DNA of 12,201 nt from the NCBI GenBank assembly GCA_043800755.1, contig JAZDMQ010000020.1, positions 1 through 12,201 on the forward strand. Direction: 5' to 3'. The translations under genes were made by a program, and so were the position numbers. The DNA comes from a bacterium. Lineage in GTDB: Bacteria > Methylomirabilota > Methylomirabilia > CAVQYV01. The notes below the pieces were generated by a model, which searched no databases, had not been told where the DNA came from, and was given only the letters and a program-made list of their open reading frames with translations. Below, in pieces: positions 6,535 to 12,201 of this stretch; position 1 is the stretch's first letter; every line of letters starts with the position of its first letter.

Positions 6535-6915
6535 ATGATGGATGGGAAAGACCTCGAGGCGATGGATACCCATTCGATGCCATGGCAGGAGCGATTCAAC
6601 GCGAGGGTGGGAGGGCCGCTCTACCCAAAGGACCTGATTGTGGACCCGGAGACCGGTATGGAGGTCCGCCTGGTCCGCTATCCGGCCGGTTTCATCAACC
6701 CGCGCCACACCCATCCCTGCGCCCACGGCCTGTATGTGTTGGAGGGGACCCTGGTCACTCAGGGGAGTCATTACGGCCCGGGGCACTTCCTCTGGTTTCC
6801 CGAGGGCAAGGTCATGGAGCATGGGGCGACCCCTGAAACAGATGCGACGGTCCTCTTCATCACCAACAAGCCCTTCACAATCCACTACCAGCTGACTGAG
6901 GGATTCAGAATTTGA
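6535..6915 (+). CDS. Cupin domain protein (ChrR/Cupin_7-like), 126 aa
   Basis: LVRYPAGFINPRHTHPCAHGLYVLEG...YGPGHFLWFPEGKVMEHG. GGAAGGAG SD upstream. Confidence 0.88.
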   Translation: MMDGKDLEAMDTHSMPWQERFNARVGGPLYPKDLIVDPETGMEVRLVRYPAGFINPRHTHPCAHGLYVLEGTLVTQGSHYGPGHFLWFPEGKVMEHGATPETDATVLFITNKPFTIHYQLTEGFRI

Positions 6916-7702
6916 TTGCCCCCCCACAGATGCTCAAGCACTGTCCCGTGACATAATCCCCGAGATCGGTGACGAAAAACTCCACCCCTTTGGAAATGTC
7001 GTCAGGGACAGCCATCCTCCCCAGGGGTATTTGAGACAGAAACTGCTCTCTCTTTCCGGGAAGGGAAAACAGTATCCTTTCGACTCGCGCGGTGCTGACA
7101 TACGCAGGAGAGATGCAGTTGACGGTGATGCCATACCGGCCCAGTTCCTGCGCCAGGTACCTGGTATAGGCGATGACCCCGGCCTTGGCCGCAGCGTAGG
7201 AAGCAAAGCTTCCGTCCTCCATGGTCTGAAGCGCAGCCTGGGATGAGGTGTTTACGATCCTGCCCCATCTTTGGGATTTCATGGGATCGGCGACTGCCTG
7301 ACAGCAAAAGATGGTCCCCATGAGGTTCCGATCGAGGGTGGCCCTCAGATCCTCCTCCGGGACCGAGGATGCAAAGCTCCGCGACACCTCTCCGGCCAGT
7401 CCACCGGCATTGTTGATCAAGATGTCGATGCGCCCAAACTCGTCCAGCACCCTTCTCACCATACCCTCGACCTGGGCCTTCTTGCATACATCCGCTTCGA
7501 TGCCGATACAATGGACCCCCAGCTTACGAACTTCCTCCACCACGGAATCCGCCGTAATCTCTTCCCCATATTTCCTGTAAGCTTCCAGGTCAATGTCGTT
7601 GATCACCACATCGGCGCCCAGCCGCGCCAGCCGCAGGGCATGCGAACGGCCTATACCGCCTGCCGCACCGGTGATCACTGTCACTTTGCCCTCGAGTTTC
7701 AT
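6905..7702 (-). CDS. Classical SDR family NAD(P)-dependent oxidoreductase, 265 aa
   Basis: TGAAGGIG, DILINNAG, IVNTSS, YAAAK catalytic motif, VNCISP and YVTGQ. An acidic residue after beta2 (IND) suggests NAD(H) preference. Confidence 0.95.
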   Translation of the reverse strand: MKLEGKVTVITGAAGGIGRSHALRLARLGADVVINDIDLEAYRKYGEEITADSVVEEVRKLGVHCIGIEADVCKKAQVEGMVRRVLDEFGRIDILINNAGGLAGEVSRSFASSVPEEDLRATLDRNLMGTIFCCQAVADPMKSQRWGRIVNTSSQAALQTMEDGSFASYAAAKAGVIAYTRYLAQELGRYGITVNCISPAYVSTARVERILFSLPGKREQFLSQIPLGRMAVPDDISKGVEFFVTDLGDYVTGQCLSICGGAIKF

Positions 7703-7791
7703 TCTCTATCCCCTATCCCCTCAAATGCAAAAGAAATTGATCCGTCTCCGGAACAGTCCGGAGGACGCTGGCTTTACCCGCTGGCCTTCGC

Positions 7792-9543
7792 TCACCGGCC
7801 ACGCAGGAGGGTGCCGGCAAGGGGGGACCGGATGTCTTCGAAGCCGATCTCAAGCGAGGTGCGCACATCCAGGACAGCAGGGACATCGCCGGCCAGCGCC
7901 TCCGCCAGCGCACCGGCCAGCTGGCCAGGCTCCTCAACCCTGAAACCTCGGCAACCGATAGCCCGAGCGATTTCGGCCATATTCATATCCGAGAGCTCAG
8001 AGGCGATCACCCGCTCCTTTTGGAAGTGCTTGACCCAGCCCAAGGCGCTGTTGTTCAAAACGACGGTCACGATGGGGATGTGCTCTTCACAGGCGGTCAT
8101 CAACCCGCCCAGGGCCATGGAAAAGCCGCCGTCTCCGCATACGGCCACGCATTGACGATGGGGATAAACGAGCTTGGCAGCCAGCGCCGCCGGGATAGCA
8201 TATCCCATCGCACCCGTGGAGGTGGGGGAGATGAAGGTCCCCGGGCGTTTGATCTGATAAAAGTAGGTCATGAACAATCGGTTCTCACCCCCGTCGCAGG
8301 TGAGGACGGCGTCATCGGAAACGGCCTTGCGAATCTCCGCAATGATCCGCTGCGGCAGCATAGGCACAGCATCCGAGCGGAACTCCGGCGCATCGAAAAA
8401 CCCATACTTCCTCCGGACTGCTCCAACTATTTCCTTCCTGGCGTCAAGTATTTCCGCCGGGATGGGCCCCGAATCATGAATGGCGGCACTGATCTGCGAC
8501 AAAGCGGCCGCTGCATCACCCAGAACCACGTGATCGCACGGGAATGTCCAGCCCGCATTCTTAGGCTCGATGTCGATCTGGATGATGATCTGGCGCTGTG
8601 GGTCGATGAGCCCGGGGTTTTCGCGTGCTGTGTCCGTAGGCGCAAGCTTTGATCCCACCACGAGGAGTGCATCCGCGTCTGACACCAGGGCGTTTGCGGC
8701 CGGCAAGCCGAAAGTTCCGAAAACACCTGCGGCCAGCGCATGCTCTTCCGGGAACGCCCCCTTCCCCGAGGCCGTGGTGACCACCGGCGCGCCGAGCAGT
8801 TCACTCAGGCCCTGCAATGCGGTCCGGGCATTATAGCCCCGTAGGCCTCCTCCGGCGATGATCAGAGGCCGCTCGGCTTCCATCAGGGCACGGGCAGCGG
8901 AAGATACCGATGCGGGGCCAGCATGGGAAGGGGGGCCCGGCAGGTACGATTGCGTCGGATAGAGAGAGGGCACCGTGTTCGGTCCCACGCGGCCGGCGAG
9001 GGCGGCGCTATGATAGAGCAAAGCCGCCGGTCCGCATTCCCCGCTCAGGGCATGCTTGATGGCCAGTTGCGTATTCTGGACGGCCTGCGCACCATCCCTG
9101 CTTTCGAGGGTGATTTTGGTTACTCCGGAGAAGCTGCGCTTCGCGTCCCAATTGCCGTATTCACCGGTCCCGGCTTGATAGGGCGCATGATGGGAAAAGG
9201 GGGCATTGTCCGACAGGTCGGCCAGCAAGAGCATCGGGGAGCTGCCCGCGTGTGCTTCGAGCACCCCCAGGAGAGCGTTGGAAAGCATGAAAAGCCCCTG
9301 TCCCAATGCAATTCCGGGTTTGCCAGTCAGCCGTCCGTATACTTCGGCCATGACGCCGGCAAGGGACTCGTGGCGGACCAGGACCGTCCTGATGGTTGAC
9401 TTGTGGCTGTAGAGGGCATCGAAGATGAGCATGGCGTTGCCGCCGGGCATCCCGAAAACCATATCGATGCCAGCCTCCTCCAGTACGCGCACGATTGCCT
9501 CAGGAACGGAGACCTCTTCCCGTAGGAGCTTTTTCGTGGCCAT
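7792..9543 (-). CDS. Thiamine diphosphate-dependent enzyme (acetolactate synthase/decarboxylase-like fold), 583 aa
   Basis: VFGMPGG, VRHE (catalytic Glu), PLIIAGGG, IIQIDI, GAMGYAIPAALAAKL and the GDGGF...LNN ThDP/Mg motif. Start placed at ATG 9543 with AGGA upstream. Confidence 0.93.
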   Translation of the reverse strand: MATKKLLREEVSVPEAIVRVLEEAGIDMVFGMPGGNAMLIFDALYSHKSTIRTVLVRHESLAGVMAEVYGRLTGKPGIALGQGLFMLSNALLGVLEAHAGSSPMLLLADLSDNAPFSHHAPYQAGTGEYGNWDAKRSFSGVTKITLESRDGAQAVQNTQLAIKHALSGECGPAALLYHSAALAGRVGPNTVPSLYPTQSYLPGPPSHAGPASVSSAARALMEAERPLIIAGGGLRGYNARTALQGLSELLGAPVVTTASGKGAFPEEHALAAGVFGTFGLPAANALVSDADALLVVGSKLAPTDTARENPGLIDPQRQIIIQIDIEPKNAGWTFPCDHVVLGDAAAALSQISAAIHDSGPIPAEILDARKEIVGAVRRKYGFFDAPEFRSDAVPMLPQRIIAEIRKAVSDDAVLTCDGGENRLFMTYFYQIKRPGTFISPTSTGAMGYAIPAALAAKLVYPHRQCVAVCGDGGFSMALGGLMTACEEHIPIVTVVLNNSALGWVKHFQKERVIASELSDMNMAEIARAIGCRGFRVEEPGQLAGALAEALAGDVPAVLDVRTSLEIGFEDIRSPLAGTLLRGR

Positions 9544-9695
9544 ATTTGTTCCTATCGGTTCTGTGGGTGGAATGGAAGATCGATTTGCAGCCAAAGCGCC
9601 TCGCGGCGTCCTTGCTGCCGAGCCGATCGACGAAGCAGGCCCTGATGGGGTGCTGAACTCTTAATGGAATGGCATTATGCATTCGATTCTCCCCC

Positions 9696-10193
9696 TCAAA
9701 CCACGATGATGCTCAAGCGCTCGGGGCCGTGGACTCCCAGGGTGAGAGTCAGCTCGATGTCCGCTGTTCGACTGGGTCCTGTTTCCAGGGTGATGTTGGT
9801 GGGCGGAGAATCGCCATAGGTGGCGAAGAGATCATCCAGATCCTCGTATATCTTCTCCGCGCGGAGAATGGCCACATGATGGGCGGGCAATAAACCGATC
9901 TGAACCGGCTTTCCTTCTCGACTCGACAGGACCAGGCTGCCTGTCTCTGCCACCGCCCCTAAAACCTCCTCAATGCAGAGGGAGGCACTGGCATAGGCCT
10001 GCGTGCAACGATCCGCCGGGAGGGGGAGGGCCTTCTCCCTTTCCGTCATATTCGGACAGAAGATCGAGCCCCTTCCCTTCAGGATTTCCAGGGCCACCCG
10101 GCTCAGCTCCTCCTGGTCTTTTACCACCTGCACCTCCGCCCCGGCCTTGGCAGCATTCTGAATGAAGAGCTTGATGATCTCCCCGCGTGTCAT
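9696..10193 (-). CDS. lutC: Lactate utilization protein C (LUD domain)
   Basis: AVAETGSLVL, LLPAHHVA and TGPSRTADIELTLTLGVHGP. ATGA overlap with lutB. Confidence 0.92.
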   Translation of the reverse strand: MTRGEIIKLFIQNAAKAGAEVQVVKDQEELSRVALEILKGRGSIFCPNMTEREKALPLPADRCTQAYASASLCIEEVLGAVAETGSLVLSSREGKPVQIGLLPAHHVAILRAEKIYEDLDDLFATYGDSPPTNITLETGPSRTADIELTLTLGVHGPERLSIIVV

Positions 10194-11554
10194 GAGATCC
10201 TCCGCCTGAATGGCCTGGAGGCAAAGTCCGGCATCCGGCCAAGAATCTTGTCCCCGGCAATTCTTTTGGCAATCGGCCAGAAGACCCGCCCTGCGATCTG
10301 GCCCAGATTAAACAGGAGCGGCCATTTTGCCACCCAACCGAAGCCCATCATCCCCTTTCGCTCCACCCAGGGAGTGAGGCCTTTCTCCACCTTCTCCTCC
10401 CGTAGCCCGCGCAGGAGCTGGACCAGGGGCACCTTCACCGGGCAGACCTCGGCGCAGGCGCCGCACAAGGTGGTGGCGTCCAGCAGGGGATGGGCCCTCT
10501 CCATTCCGTCCAGCAGCGTGGTCAATACGACCCCCATGGGGCCGGGGTAGGTGGCGCCGTAGGTGTGGCCGCCCACCACGCGATAGATGGGGCAGGCATT
10601 CAGGCAGGCGCCGCACTTGATACATTTCAGCATCTCCCGGTATGCCCCGGCCAGGACGCGGGAGCGTCCGTTATCCACCAGGACGATGTGGAGCTCCTGG
10701 GCACCTGTAAATTCACCGGGCTTCCTCGTTCCCGTGATGACCGACATGTAGCTGGTCAGGATTTGGCCGGTGGCAGAGCGGGGGAGCAGGCGGATGAAGA
10801 GGGGGAGATCTGTCAGAGAGGGGATCACCTTCTCGATGGAGAGGACGGCGATGTGAAGAGGCGGCAGGGTGGTCACCATGCGGCCGTTTCCTTCGTTGGT
10901 GAAGAGGACGATGCTGCCGGATTCGGCCACCGCGAAGTTGGCTCCGGTGATCCCGGCCTGGGCGGAGAGGAACTCCTGGCGCAGGATCTCCCGTGCGATC
11001 TTCGTGAGGGCGGTCGGGTCCTCGGTGTAACCCGCTCCGAGCTTCTCGGCGAAGAGCTCGCCGATCTGTCTGCGGTTCTTGTGGATGGCTGGGACGATGA
11101 TATGGGAGGGGCCTTCCCCGGCGAGCTGGTTGATGTACTCACCCAGGTCCGTCTCCACCGCCTCGATCCCTTCCTGGCCCAGATGCTCGTTGAGGTGGAT
11201 CTCCTCCGAGACCATGGACTTGGACTTCACGACCTTCTTCGCCCCACGCTCCTTTAATAGGGAGGCGACGATCTCTCGAGCCGCCGCCGCTTCCTTTGCC
11301 CTGTAGATCGTTGCGCCTGCCCTGGTGGCATTTCCTGCAAAACGGCCAATGTAATCTTCGAGATTGTCCAATACCTGCAAGCGGAGGGCCGAGGCCTGAT
11401 CTCGCCATTCCTCAAAGGGCAGCGATGATACGGCATCGGCCCGCTTTTGGGTGAAGATCTCGGTGATGTTGCGCAGGGTGGCGCGGAGGGCAGGGTCATC
11501 TAAGGCTTGGACGGCATTGGCGCGAAAGGGGATCTTCTCGGAGGAGGTCCTCAT
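10190..11554 (-). CDS. lutB: Lactate utilization protein B (LUD domain plus two Fe-S motifs)
   Basis: KSKSMVSEEI, ETDLGEYI, PSHIIVPAIH, TNEGNGR, RSATGQ, CIKCGACLNACP and TTLCGACAEVCP. ATGA overlap with lutA. Confidence 0.95.
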   Translation of the reverse strand: MRTSSEKIPFRANAVQALDDPALRATLRNITEIFTQKRADAVSSLPFEEWRDQASALRLQVLDNLEDYIGRFAGNATRAGATIYRAKEAAAAREIVASLLKERGAKKVVKSKSMVSEEIHLNEHLGQEGIEAVETDLGEYINQLAGEGPSHIIVPAIHKNRRQIGELFAEKLGAGYTEDPTALTKIAREILRQEFLSAQAGITGANFAVAESGSIVLFTNEGNGRMVTTLPPLHIAVLSIEKVIPSLTDLPLFIRLLPRSATGQILTSYMSVITGTRKPGEFTGAQELHIVLVDNGRSRVLAGAYREMLKCIKCGACLNACPIYRVVGGHTYGATYPGPMGVVLTTLLDGMERAHPLLDATTLCGACAEVCPVKVPLVQLLRGLREEKVEKGLTPWVERKGMMGFGWVAKWPLLFNLGQIAGRVFWPIAKRIAGDKILGRMPDFASRPFRRRIS

Positions 11555-12201
11555 CGCAGCCCCTCCGCCAGGACGGCTGCGAGATGTTTGACCTTTATGC
11601 TGCTGCCCCGCTTCCGCAACGCATCGGCAATGTTCATCAAACAGCCATGGTCGCAGCCGGTGACGGTATCCGCCCCCGTGCTGATTATCTTATCCGCCTT
11701 CTCCTCCGCCATGGCGTACGAGACCTCGGGCAGCTTGGCCATGAAGATCCCTCCGAACCCGCAACAGCGCTCCGCATCGGGAAGCGGCACGAACTCCGCC
11801 CCCCTGACCGATCGGAGGAGGAGCAGCGGCTCCTCCCGGACGCCCAGCTCTCGGGTGAGCTGGCAGGAGGCGTGGTAGGTGATCCGGCCCTTTCCCACCA
11901 ATCCCGCCTCGTGGGTCTTCAGGACATGAACCAGGAACTGGGACAGCTCGTAGGTGCGGGCCGCTGCGGCCTCCGCCTTCTCTCGCATGCGATCATCGTC
12001 TTTGAACAGCTTCGGGTAATGATTCTTTACCATGGAGGCACAGGAGCCGGAGGGGATGAGGATGGGGTCGTCGCCCTCGAAGACTGAGATGAAGTGTTCC
12101 GCTGCCTTCCTGGTCTCCTTGGTGTATCCGCCGCTGTCGGACGGCTTCCCGCAGCAGGTCTGCCCCGGGGGATAGGTTACCTCCACTCCGAAGTGGCGCA
12201 G
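11551..12201 (-). CDS. lutA: Lactate utilization protein A (two CCG domains), 5' partial
   Basis: QTCCG, SGSC, YELSQFL, YHASC, CCGFGG and GCLMNI. The frame stays open to the window edge (LRHFGVEVTYP), so GTG 12186 is not the true start. Confidence 0.93.
   Translation of the reverse strand: MRHFGVEVTYPPGQTCCGKPSDSGGYTKETRKAAEHFISVFEGDDPILIPSGSCASMVKNHYPKLFKDDDRMREKAEAAAARTYELSQFLVHVLKTHEAGLVGKGRITYHASCQLTRELGVREEPLLLLRSVRGAEFVPLPDAERCCGFGGIFMAKLPEVSYAMAEEKADKIISTGADTVTGCDHGCLMNIADALRKRGSSIKVKHLAAVLAEGLR

Noticed and set aside
7743..7767. Hairpin CGTCTCCGGA/TCCGGAGGACG as a terminator between the ThDP and SDR genes
   Set aside because: The stem is bulged and the U-rich tract starts several nt away. 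It may be a stability or processing element, but support is too weak for a call.
7271..8155. Long antisense ORFs (294 aa here, also 8020-8652, 10490-11257 and 11584-12087)
   Set aside because: These are shadow frames opposite well-supported genes in GC-rich DNA, with no motifs.
7792..9543. Naming the ThDP enzyme ilvB and the SDR fabG
   Set aside because: Only fold-level motifs match. There is no ilvH/ilvC or fatty-acid synthesis context, and the GPG motif is altered.

Overview
GC-rich bacterial accessory and catabolic region; gene content and style suggest an anaerobe such as Desulfobacterota, which is inference only. Left to right: a partial YdjM-family membrane metal-dependent hydrolase (missed by the ORF track) and a mandelate-racemase-subgroup enolase on the minus strand. 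A divergent promoter region is followed by cupin, SIMPL/DUF541 and CMD/AhpD-like genes (+). Next come a G-rich tandem-repeat spacer with a 27-bp palindrome, then an Lrp/AsnC regulator and a 417-aa enzyme-like protein with no family I recognise (-), with three helically phased Lrp-like boxes upstream. An intact YefM/Phd antitoxin follows with a doubly broken YoeB/Txe toxin pseudogene, then a second cupin. The right end is a minus-strand run lutA(partial)-lutB-lutC, a ThDP-dependent enzyme and an SDR. I see no CRISPR array, rRNA, tRNA or transposase. The best candidates for something undescribed are the Lrp plus 417-aa unit and a possible LutABC/ThDP/SDR 2-hydroxy-acid pathway. Both are hypotheses.
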